Source: an uncultured Fibrobacterales bacterium
GTDB taxonomy: Bacteria; Fibrobacterota; Fibrobacteria; Fibrobacterales; CAWVXU01
Length of the DNA: 36,636 bases
Assembly (NCBI GenBank): GCA_963934255.1
Contig: CAWVXU010000019.1
Span: 1-36,636, forward strand
Direction of reading: 5' to 3'
A program made the translations under genes and the position numbers. This document shows positions 9,892 through 18,267 of the stretch, in pieces. The notes under the pieces are model-generated. The model worked only from the letters and a program-made list of their open reading frames with translations. It made no database searches and was not told where the DNA came from. Position 1 is the first letter of the stretch. Each line of letters opens with the position of its first letter.

Positions 9892-10537
9892 TTCTTTCAT
9901 CCTTGAACTTCGTGATATTAACTTTTCATATGGATCAACCCAAATCATAAAAGACCTTAATCTTAGTTTAAAATTAGGAGAAATCTGCGGTTGGAAGGGT
10001 CCTAGTGGTTGTGGGAAAAGTACCTTGCTTCATTTAATTGCAGGTTTTGAGAGGCCTGACTCTGGAGAAGTACGAGTCTTTAATGAAGTTTTGAGTGGAT
10101 CGAATTATTATGTACTTCCAGAGAAGCGTGGTATTGGTTTTCTTTTTCAAGACTTGGCGCTGTTTCCTCATTTGTCTGTCGCAGAAAATATTGAATTTGG
10201 ATTGCACTCGATGTCGAAGAAAAGTCGACGTGTAAAAATGTTCCAAATGCTCGAACTCGTTCATTTGGAAGGGTTTGCTTCTAGATACCCTCATGAACTA
10301 TCAGGGGGGCAACAACAACGGATTGCATTGGCGCGGGCTTTGGCTCCTGGCCCTAAGTTGTTATTGATAGACGAACCTTTTTCCAATTTAGATACAGTAC
10401 TGTCAATGAGTATTTTAGAGGATGTTCGCAGTATTTTGAAAAACACTGGAGTCAGTGCCATTTTGGTCTCTCATAGCAATCAAGAATTAGAAGCTATGTG
10501 TGATCGTATTGTTGATATTGAAAGTGTGAGCCTTTAA
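9884..10537 (+). CDS. fbpC: Fe(3+) ABC transporter ATP-binding protein, short form with no TOBE domain
   Basis: GPSGCGKST, FQDLALFPHL, LSGGQQQR, LLIDEPFSNLD, SH switch. Likely TTG start at 9884 with AAAGGA SD, overlapping the permease end. Confidence 0.88.
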   Translation: MTNSFILELRDINFSYGSTQIIKDLNLSLKLGEICGWKGPSGCGKSTLLHLIAGFERPDSGEVRVFNEVLSGSNYYVLPEKRGIGFLFQDLALFPHLSVAENIEFGLHSMSKKSRRVKMFQMLELVHLEGFASRYPHELSGGQQQRIALARALAPGPKLLLIDEPFSNLDTVLSMSILEDVRSILKNTGVSAILVSHSNQELEAMCDRIVDIESVSL

Positions 10538-10803
10538 TAAGACAAGTGTGACCTTCGATAATCAGATTGAAGAATTGAAAAAGTACAAATTCAAAAATTA
10601 CAACCTCAGTTAATCTTAGTTGCTTTGTCTAGTTGATTGACTTTTACGTTGATGAAACACGTTTGAAATTTAAATCAATCACATGAGTAAAGCCTGGTTT
10701 AACCTGCATGGGGAATGACCACTCTAAAACGTCAAGAAATAAATACTTTAATTTTAATTAATTGACTTGAAATTCTAAGAAGATTGAATATATTTATAAT
10801 CAG

Positions 10804-10822
10804 ATTGAGACTGCGTCTTAAT
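10804..10822 (+). promoter_or_regulatory. Palindromic operator, putative Fur-family site upstream of the TonB receptor operon
   Basis: ATTGAGACT-G-CGTCTTAAT, 7/9 symmetric, 3 bp downstream of TATAAT (10795-10800). Confidence 0.55.
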
Positions 10823-10846
10823 TTAGCTGTAAAAAAGGGGAGAATT

Positions 10847-11059
10847 GTGTTCAGAATATTATTTATCACATTTGTATTAGGCCTTCTTATGATTGGATGC
10901 GAAGACGACCCTGTTTTAGCTCCCTCTAATGAAGGTGAAGGTGAGTGTACGGGAAGTTATTGTAGACTTTTCTTAAAGCCTTTGAATAATGAAAGCTTCC
11001 TCCCCAATATGACAGTCAAGTTATTTGGAATTCAAGAATACAATCCAGAGGTCATTTAA
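10847..11059 (+). CDS. Small lipoprotein (70 aa), unknown function
   Basis: GTG start with AAGGGGAG SD; MFRILFITFVLGLLMIG-C lipobox; CEDDPVL...ECTGSYC...NPEVI. Its stop overlaps the receptor start (TAATG). Confidence 0.75.
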   Translation: MFRILFITFVLGLLMIGCEDDPVLAPSNEGEGECTGSYCRLFLKPLNNESFLPNMTVKLFGIQEYNPEVI

Positions 11060-13740
11060 TGCAAAACATAAAAATGGCCATGTGTAGCTTTTGTCTTCTC
11101 TTTCTATCCAATGCAAATGCTGAAGACTCTCTTAATGAGCTTAGTGGGGTAAAAACTATTCCAAAGGTTGAATCTAATACTGAACCCGTTACTGAACCCG
11201 TTACTGAGCCCATTGCTGAGCCCATTGCTGAGCCCATTGCTGATACGGCGCTCAACTCTGAATCGATGAGTGAAGTTTTAAACTCTAATAATACACCTCA
11301 ATTAGATACTTTAGTTCAAACGTCACCTGAGCTTATAGTGGAATCGAAAATTGAGAATGTAATCAATCAGTCAGATAAACTTGAAAGGGTTATTTTAGAA
11401 GATTCTAACTCTGTCGCTGAAGAAAATAAGGAGCCAGAATTAACTTACCTTGATCCTACTCGTATTATGGGGCGTAAAAAGTCATTTGTTAATTCCCAAA
11501 TTGGAGCGGCTTCTCACCTTACTAATGAAGAAATTCTACAAACGCAACCTGTTGGAACTCAAGAATTGTTGGAAAAAGTTCCAGGTGTTCAAACAGCAAG
11601 TGATGATGGATTTGGAAATTCTAGATTGAGTATCGGAATTCGTGGATTGAACCCTCGTCGTTCCTCGCGTGTGTTAATAATGGAAGATGGGATCCCGATC
11701 CAACCAGGTGCATATATCTATCCAAATATGTATTATAACCCTCCCGTAGAACGTTTAGAAGAAATTGAAATTCTGAAAGGATCCGGATCCATTCTTTACG
11801 GACCTCAAACAATGGGGGGGGTAGTTAATTATATCACCCGCAAACCTCGTAGAGATTCAGGCGGAATGCTTTCTCTTGTTGGCGGCACCCAAAATTTACT
11901 TAGTCAGTATTTAGAATATGGAGGATTTGGTAACGATTGGGTTCAACCTGAGTTGCAATTACTTCTTAAACAGGGATCCGGTTTTCGAGAAAATAATGAC
12001 TTTGATCAAATCAATTCAACCCTTAAGGTTAATATATCTCCAAATCCAGATGAAGACTGGTACTTTAAGCTCAATTATAATAAAGAAAATACGCACGCTA
12101 CGTATACTGGGTTGACCCAATATTCTTATGATAAAGACCCTACATTTAACCCCAAAGATCAAGATGTTTTTGAAGTCGAACGATTTGCAATTGATTTGAT
12201 TCGCAATGTTTATTCTGAGAATAAGTGGATTGAAACAACCAAAGGGTATTTCAATTTCTTTGACCGTAGATGGTGGCGTGAATATGATATGTACATGAAG
12301 ATTCCTGATTGGGAGGCTCTTCAGGATGGAACTCTAGATAAATCTGAAATTTCAAACGCTCCGATTTCTTATAGTGGCGATTTAGTTCGAGTCGGAGATG
12401 GTTCAAATTCCTTTGCAATTCTGAGAAAATTTTATGTCGCTGGTGTAGAACGTTCTTGGATTTATGATCAAGGTAAAGGCTCAGAAATTGAATTTGGTTC
12501 AAGGCTTCATTGGGAGCGATTTAAAAATGAAAGACAAGAAGGCAGCTCCGGGGTAGATGGAGTATTTGATATAAAAGATGTTTCCCTCACTAAAATTGAT
12601 GATGAAGGAAATCTTGTTGCTGCAGCTCCAAGTGTTCAGGCTCAAAATTTTGAAACAAAATCAGTTTCTGCCTATGTTCAAGAACGATACCAAATTGAAA
12701 AATTATTATTACAAGCTGGAGCGCGTCTGGAATGGTTTGAACAAGAACGTATTGATTTATTAGATGGATCAAAATTATCAGATAAAAATACATTAGTTCA
12801 TTCTCAGGTGAACCCTTTTGGAGGTGATTTGAACTTTGAGGTTCCATTTTTAATTGGTCTTGGAGCAAGCTATGACCTTAGCCCACAGCACAATATTTTT
12901 CTTGGAACACATTCTGGGTTTACACCTCCTTCATCGTCTGGATTAAACCCCAACCTATATGAAGTGAATTCAGAAGATGGCGGCTTGGATGTGGAAGCAG
13001 AAGAATCATGGAATACGGAAATTGGAATGCGAGGAATTTTGGGTATACTTCAATATGAAGCTGTTCTTTTTCAGCTAGATATTGAAAATCAATCATCCCC
13101 TGAACGTTCTACCTTACTTGCTGTCCCTGCTCGGACACAAAGTCGCGGTATAGAGTCTTTTGTTTCAACCCACATGGATAAATTTGATGATTGGAAAAAA
13201 CATATTCCAGAATTCCATATGTCATACACTCTTATGAAGTCAGAGGTTCGAGGTGGTATACTAGAAAAACGTGATGCATCGGGTGCATTGATAGAAAGCG
13301 TCAATTTAAAAGGAAATGAATTAAGTTATGTGCCAAGACACAACGTTCATTTTGGATTTAGCAAATCCATTGGGTTAAAGGAAAACCAAGTACTGACATT
13401 TCGTGCAGATTGGCACTACAAAAGTTCTGCGTATAGTGACATTCAAAATGTGGAAAAAACAGACAACTTAGGTGTGACTGGAAAAATTCCGGCGACTCCA
13501 CATCAAGAAATTCCAATGGGTGATTTCTCGATTATTTTACCTGAACTTTTAGATCTTTCGACGCAGTTCCAATACAACTCTCAATTTGGAATTTTTGCAT
13601 CAATTAAAAATATTTATGGAAAGAAATTTATCGGTTCGCGCTTGCATTCAACTCCTTTGAAAAAAAGCGCAAGTCAATCCTCTGGGATTATTGCAGCTCC
13701 GGGTCGTCAAGCCCAAGCCGGTGTGCGTTACAAATTTTAA
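11059..13740 (+). CDS. TonB-dependent receptor, FecA-like
   Basis: Signal peptide, plug motifs ELLEKVPGV, SIGIRGLNPRRSSRVLIMEDGIP and IEILKGSGSILYGPQTMGGVVNYIT, AEESWNTEIG, C-terminal GVRYKF. Confidence 0.93.
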   Translation: MQNIKMAMCSFCLLFLSNANAEDSLNELSGVKTIPKVESNTEPVTEPVTEPIAEPIAEPIADTALNSESMSEVLNSNNTPQLDTLVQTSPELIVESKIENVINQSDKLERVILEDSNSVAEENKEPELTYLDPTRIMGRKKSFVNSQIGAASHLTNEEILQTQPVGTQELLEKVPGVQTASDDGFGNSRLSIGIRGLNPRRSSRVLIMEDGIPIQPGAYIYPNMYYNPPVERLEEIEILKGSGSILYGPQTMGGVVNYITRKPRRDSGGMLSLVGGTQNLLSQYLEYGGFGNDWVQPELQLLLKQGSGFRENNDFDQINSTLKVNISPNPDEDWYFKLNYNKENTHATYTGLTQYSYDKDPTFNPKDQDVFEVERFAIDLIRNVYSENKWIETTKGYFNFFDRRWWREYDMYMKIPDWEALQDGTLDKSEISNAPISYSGDLVRVGDGSNSFAILRKFYVAGVERSWIYDQGKGSEIEFGSRLHWERFKNERQEGSSGVDGVFDIKDVSLTKIDDEGNLVAAAPSVQAQNFETKSVSAYVQERYQIEKLLLQAGARLEWFEQERIDLLDGSKLSDKNTLVHSQVNPFGGDLNFEVPFLIGLGASYDLSPQHNIFLGTHSGFTPPSSSGLNPNLYEVNSEDGGLDVEAEESWNTEIGMRGILGILQYEAVLFQLDIENQSSPERSTLLAVPARTQSRGIESFVSTHMDKFDDWKKHIPEFHMSYTLMKSEVRGGILEKRDASGALIESVNLKGNELSYVPRHNVHFGFSKSIGLKENQVLTFRADWHYKSSAYSDIQNVEKTDNLGVTGKIPATPHQEIPMGDFSIILPELLDLSTQFQYNSQFGIFASIKNIYGKKFIGSRLHSTPLKKSASQSSGIIAAPGRQAQAGVRYKF
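11179..11243 (+). repeat. 12-bp coding tandem repeat, about 5.4 copies (TEPV/TEPI/AEPI)
   Basis: ACTGAACCCGTT x2, ACTGAGCCCATT, GCTGAGCCCATT x2, GCTGA. Confidence 0.92.
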
Positions 13741-13750
13741 ACTAAAAAAA

Positions 13751-13860
13751 AGCGAATGAAAACAAATGAGAACAAATGAAAAAAAATCAAAACAAATGAG
13801 AACAAATGAGAACAAATGAAAAAAAATGAAAAAAAATGAAAAAAATGGAAAAAAATGAAA
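13751..13860 (+). repeat. 10-bp tandem repeat, about 11 copies, consensus AA[A/C]AAATGA[A/G]
   Basis: aacaaatgag / aacaaatgaa / aaaaaatgaa units fill the gap between the receptor and the next lipoprotein and include its start codon. Confidence 0.92.
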
Positions 13861-15297
13861 ACAAAATTAAAATTATCAGTAATGGCATTGGTCGCAATAT
13901 CAATGACGGGTTGTTTCGGAACAGACTCAAATGACTCAAGCAACAACACCAACAACGACACCAATGCGGATAACATTAGCAACACCGACACCGACGACAA
14001 CACCGTCGACCCAGATGTTATTGACGTTGTAGAATGTTCTACTCCGGCAACTGCGACAACTGAGTCACAGAAGGCAAAAGTTTATTCATTCACATCTCAA
14101 ACAGGAGACGAGTCTTCTGTTAGTTATAGTGGTCAAGTTACTCGTCAGGTTCTTTTGCAAGAATTTATTAATAAAATTAAAGGATTAGCAAATCCGGGTG
14201 CAGTGGCATTAACTGAGGCTGATCTATTGGCTTATTTTGATGACCGTGATGAGACTCTTCAGGCTAACATAGAACTACTACCAGGCGACTTTGAACTGGC
14301 AAATGATGTTGTTTTAATTTCTGATCTTAATGGGTCAAAGAACATTCTTGGCAAAACTTCTGGTGCATCATTCATTGATAATAGTGAAGACTTCCAAGGG
14401 AAAACTGCAATTTCAGCTGTTAATTCTTGGATTACAGAACTTGTTGCTAATTCTCAAACGAGCAAACTTGGAACTAAGGAAGTCTTTTTGGATTCGAAAA
14501 ATCGCGACCTTTCGCAATTAATTGACAAAGTACTACTTGGTGCGATTTCTTATGATCAGGCAGCGAATAACTACCTTGCAGATATTGGCGATAATACGGC
14601 TCCACAACAAAAAAATGACGTTGATGAAGCTCATACTGAAGCTGAACATCATTGGGATGAGGCTTTTGGTTATTTTGGTGCAGCGCGCGATTATCCATCA
14701 TATTCTGACGATGCTCTTGCAGGGAAAAATGGCGAATCTCCTTACAAAGATTCAGATGGAGATTCAAAAATTGACTTGAAATCAGAATATAATTTCGGTA
14801 TTTCTAAGAATGCAGGTAAACGTGACCGTATCGGGTGTCAAGTGAACTTAACACAAGACGCATTTGATGGTTTCTACTTAGGTCGTAAGGCTTTATCTGA
14901 AGGAAAGTCTGCTGAGTCTGCGGAAGTTCAAGATGCGGCTAGTGCAGCCCTCATTGCTTGGGAAAAAACAATTGCAGCTACTGCCCTTCACTATGTGAAT
15001 GATGTTCTAGCTGATCAAGCGAGCTTTGATGCTGATGATCAATCAGAATATTCAATTTTAGATCACGCAAAACATTGGTCAGAATTAAAAGGATTTTCAA
15101 TCGCACTTCAATATAATGATAGTCGAATTATTTCTGCCGCTGAACTAAAAGAGTTACATTCATATATTGGTAGTGCTCCAGTTTCTGCAGCCAATAACTC
15201 TGAAGAGGCTATAAAAGCAACTCAAGATCTAATAGCAGCTCGAGAGCTCCTTGGTCAAGTTTATGGGTTCTCAGCGTATAATGTTCAGAACTGGTAG
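13855..15297 (+). CDS. DUF4856-like lipoprotein, probably iron-uptake associated
   Basis: Lipobox MTGC, Asn/Thr/Asp linker, VSYSGQVTRQ, SQLIDKVLLGAISYDQ, EHHWDEAFGYFGAARDY, HAKHWSELKGF. Confidence 0.8.
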   Translation: MKTKLKLSVMALVAISMTGCFGTDSNDSSNNTNNDTNADNISNTDTDDNTVDPDVIDVVECSTPATATTESQKAKVYSFTSQTGDESSVSYSGQVTRQVLLQEFINKIKGLANPGAVALTEADLLAYFDDRDETLQANIELLPGDFELANDVVLISDLNGSKNILGKTSGASFIDNSEDFQGKTAISAVNSWITELVANSQTSKLGTKEVFLDSKNRDLSQLIDKVLLGAISYDQAANNYLADIGDNTAPQQKNDVDEAHTEAEHHWDEAFGYFGAARDYPSYSDDALAGKNGESPYKDSDGDSKIDLKSEYNFGISKNAGKRDRIGCQVNLTQDAFDGFYLGRKALSEGKSAESAEVQDAASAALIAWEKTIAATALHYVNDVLADQASFDADDQSEYSILDHAKHWSELKGFSIALQYNDSRIISAAELKELHSYIGSAPVSAANNSEEAIKATQDLIAARELLGQVYGFSAYNVQNW

Positions 15298-15331
15298 GCT
15301 TTAAGTTGTCTTTTAATACTAATTTATATCT

Positions 15332-16858
15332 ATGATTAAACAATGGATTGAAATTGTCAAGGAGAAGCACTTTTTAGTGCTTCTTTTTGTTTGGTGTCTT
15401 AGTAGAATTTGGACAAGTCTCTATTATGTGGCGGACCCAGATTCTTTAAGGTTTGCACTTGCAAGTCTAGATTTTGATCCTATCACATTTCAACCTCATT
15501 TCCCACTCTACCCAGTATTTGTTTTTTGTTCGCAGATAGCATCATTTTTGATGGGAAGTTTTGCTAGAGGCTTTAGCTTAATTGGAGCAATTGCTGGTAT
15601 TGTCATTACTTTATCTTCGTTAAATATTCTGAAGTGGTGGAACCCCTCTGAAGGTTTCTCATTAGATAGAAAAGGTTGGATACTCTGCCTTTTTATATTC
15701 TTAAATCCAATGCTTTGGCTAATGTCTAATCGGCATATGCCTGACTTAATGGGCCTTTCTATAGTGATGATGATTTTAGGCATATGCAAAGCTGCCTATG
15801 AAAAAACAAAAGTAGACTCACATTCTTACACCAAACAGATTTTTTGGGCAGGGATGCTTTGTGGATTACTCATGGGTGTCCGAATTTCTTATGCTCCTTT
15901 ATGTCTTCCAATACTCTTTTTTTGGAGAAGTTCATCCTTATATACCGGTTTGATTATAGGCTTTTTTCTTTGGTTTATGCCACTGTGTTTACATTCGAGT
16001 ATTTTAGAATTATATGATATTGCAATTGCTCATTCCGAAGGGCACTTTCAAAAATTTGGTGGTTCAATTGCAACAGAACTAGATATGTTTCATCGTATCT
16101 ACAGTTTGTTTGGAGGCTTCTGGGGGGCAGGCTTTAATGGCTATTGGGAAGGTCGTTCAAAGTTATTACTTGTGCATTCATTCTTCTTAGTTGGAATGGT
16201 GATTCTGTTATTTAGTCAAATAAAACATTTATGGAAAATAAATTTAAGGGTCTGGTTAGGGATTCCATTTGTTACCTATGGAATTTGGATTTACCTGGGT
16301 CAAAATATAATGTTCAAATTTCGACATCAAATGCCTTTAGTCCTTATTTTATCCATTTTATTAGCTTGGACTATAAATCATTTTTATGAAACAAAAATTA
16401 AGCAAAGTAATATTTCAAAAGTCTTTTTCTGTATAATTCTTTCAGTTTTCATGTCGTCATTCGCATGGGGAAGTTTAAAAGTAATTCAAAGCAGTCAAGG
16501 TCCGGTTGCGCTGAGTCAATCCTTAAGTGTATTAAAATCACAAACAATGCCGTTAAGGATTGTTTGCATGAGTTTGGTTTGTCATGCACTTGAAAAACAA
16601 GGAGTCAAAGCAAATTACTTTCAACTCGATGAAATGGTCAATTATCAATATGAATTAAAGAGCCTGATAGTGGAATCCGCTGAAAGTTTTTCTAAAATAT
16701 TTTTAATTGGACCCAATCCCAAAGAAATTTTTGATCATGGTGATTCTATTCAAATAAATTTACATCAACGGTTTTACCATAACCCTTGGTCAAACCCTGT
16801 TTGGAGTGTAGTTCACTTAAGTGAATTAACTTTTAACAAATTCAATGAGGTCAAATGA
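15332..16858 (+). CDS. Polytopic membrane protein, GT-C-like (PMT/ArnT/DUF2723-like) putative glycosyltransferase
   Basis: About 10-12 hydrophobic segments; first loop DPDSLRFALA...QPHFPLYPVF; NPMLW...MPD; GVRIS; RH; soluble C-terminal region ending FYHNPWSNPVW. Confidence 0.6.
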   Translation: MIKQWIEIVKEKHFLVLLFVWCLSRIWTSLYYVADPDSLRFALASLDFDPITFQPHFPLYPVFVFCSQIASFLMGSFARGFSLIGAIAGIVITLSSLNILKWWNPSEGFSLDRKGWILCLFIFLNPMLWLMSNRHMPDLMGLSIVMMILGICKAAYEKTKVDSHSYTKQIFWAGMLCGLLMGVRISYAPLCLPILFFWRSSSLYTGLIIGFFLWFMPLCLHSSILELYDIAIAHSEGHFQKFGGSIATELDMFHRIYSLFGGFWGAGFNGYWEGRSKLLLVHSFFLVGMVILLFSQIKHLWKINLRVWLGIPFVTYGIWIYLGQNIMFKFRHQMPLVLILSILLAWTINHFYETKIKQSNISKVFFCIILSVFMSSFAWGSLKVIQSSQGPVALSQSLSVLKSQTMPLRIVCMSLVCHALEKQGVKANYFQLDEMVNYQYELKSLIVESAESFSKIFLIGPNPKEIFDHGDSIQINLHQRFYHNPWSNPVWSVVHLSELTFNKFNEVK

Positions 16859-18216
16859 CGATATTTCCAGAAAAACATCAGTTCATCCTTGGTGGAGGAG
16901 CTTCAGGAACTGCTCTAGCTTTTTTCTTAATGGAGAATAAGAGTTCATTTTCTTTATTTGAAAAAAACATAAAACTTGGCGGTAACGCTCGCACAATTGA
17001 ATGGCAAGGACACCTTTATGATACTGGGGCACATCGTTTACATGATCAAATCCCTCAAATCACAGAACTCTTTAAATCAATATTAGGGGAGGATTGGCAT
17101 GTTGTAGAGGCTCCTAGTCAAATTATATGGAGGGGAGAGCGTTTAAGTTTCCCTCTCAAGGCGTTTGAGTTGATTCAAAAAATGCCCACAATTGAGCTTT
17201 TACAGGCATTTTGGGATTGGAATTGGAATCGTCATTTTGTTAGAGAAAACCCAGGCTTTGCTAGTCTGGCAATAAAAACTTATGGGAAAAAGATTGCAAA
17301 AGAATTCTTATTGAATTACACAGAAAAATTATGGGGAAAAAGCTCCCATGTTCTTCATCCAAGTGTTGCTGGAAAAAGGTTAAAAGGTTTGGGCATTAGA
17401 ACAATCCTATTTGAACTTCTAGGAATTGAGAAGAAAAAACAACGACACCTTGACGGTCAATTTTTTTATCCAAAATATGGCATTGGTCAACTTTTCCATA
17501 AAATGCAAGAAAGAATCCAAAAAGATTCATTGGAAGAGAGTTCTATAGAATTAAAATCTTCTATCGATGAAGTGAGTTGGGAGCCATCTGAAAATGGCGC
17601 TAAAATCACTTCTATCAAAATTGATGGAATAGAAGTAGCTGTTTCCCATGATCAGCAAGTATGGAATACATTACCTATTTCACTACTGATTCAAAAGTTG
17701 AATCCTCAACCTCCGGAAGCTGTAGTTGAAGCAACTAAAAAAATGGAGTTTAGGCATCTGGCACTTGTTATTGTACAATTGTCGAAAAGTAAAATATCCG
17801 ACAATGCCTCTTTGTACTTTGCGGATTCTAAAGTTCCTTTTAATCGACTTTATGAACCCTCAAATAGAAGTGAAAAAATGTCACCACAAAATGAAACTTT
17901 GGCAGTATTGGAAATTGGGATTTCAGAAGAAGATATCGGAGCGTTAGATCAAAGCAAAGTAATTGCAGACTCCTTGATTTCAGCTCGCAGCTTAGGTTTG
18001 TGGACAGCCTCAGAAGAGAAAAATGTTAAGATGGATTTTATTCCATTTGCTTATCCTATTCCTCTTCTCAATACAATGGATGACTTTCTAGTGATCGAAG
18101 ATTGGTTAAGTCAAATAAATAATTTATATTGGGTGGGACGTGGTGCAGAATTTAAATATTCTCATATCCATGATCATTTTCAGCGTGCCAAAGAGTTGCT
18201 GACCCATCAAGAATGA
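16855..18216 (+). CDS. FAD-dependent oxidoreductase (protoporphyrinogen oxidase / UDP-galactopyranose mutase-like superfamily)
   Basis: ILGGGASG, FEK...GGNART, DTGAHRLH, YTEKLWG, FFYPKYGIGQL, AYP, GRGAEFKY. ATGA overlap with the upstream membrane protein. Confidence 0.85.
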   Translation: MTIFPEKHQFILGGGASGTALAFFLMENKSSFSLFEKNIKLGGNARTIEWQGHLYDTGAHRLHDQIPQITELFKSILGEDWHVVEAPSQIIWRGERLSFPLKAFELIQKMPTIELLQAFWDWNWNRHFVRENPGFASLAIKTYGKKIAKEFLLNYTEKLWGKSSHVLHPSVAGKRLKGLGIRTILFELLGIEKKKQRHLDGQFFYPKYGIGQLFHKMQERIQKDSLEESSIELKSSIDEVSWEPSENGAKITSIKIDGIEVAVSHDQQVWNTLPISLLIQKLNPQPPEAVVEATKKMEFRHLALVIVQLSKSKISDNASLYFADSKVPFNRLYEPSNRSEKMSPQNETLAVLEIGISEEDIGALDQSKVIADSLISARSLGLWTASEEKNVKMDFIPFAYPIPLLNTMDDFLVIEDWLSQINNLYWVGRGAEFKYSHIHDHFQRAKELLTHQE

Positions 18217-18267
18217 AAAGCTTCAAATAATCGAAGATAAATTGAATAAATTCTTTGTGGTATGTTT

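Noticed and set aside
10538..10783. Possible riboswitch (e.g. cobalamin) ahead of the TonB receptor operon
   Set aside because: No B12-box or other riboswitch consensus recognised; an Rfam scan would be needed to exclude it fully.
11052..11255. Minus-strand ORF with AMGS/VTGS repeats, superficially a RiPP precursor
   Set aside because: Antisense of the receptor's 12-bp repeat; no SD or modifying enzymes on that strand.
13751..13860. Repeat region as a CRISPR array
   Set aside because: The units are 10 bp and contiguous, with no spacers and no cas genes in the window.
13737..14003. 88-aa minus-strand ORF with a Phe-rich tail
   Set aside because: It is the antisense reading of the A-rich repeat and the lipoprotein N-terminus.
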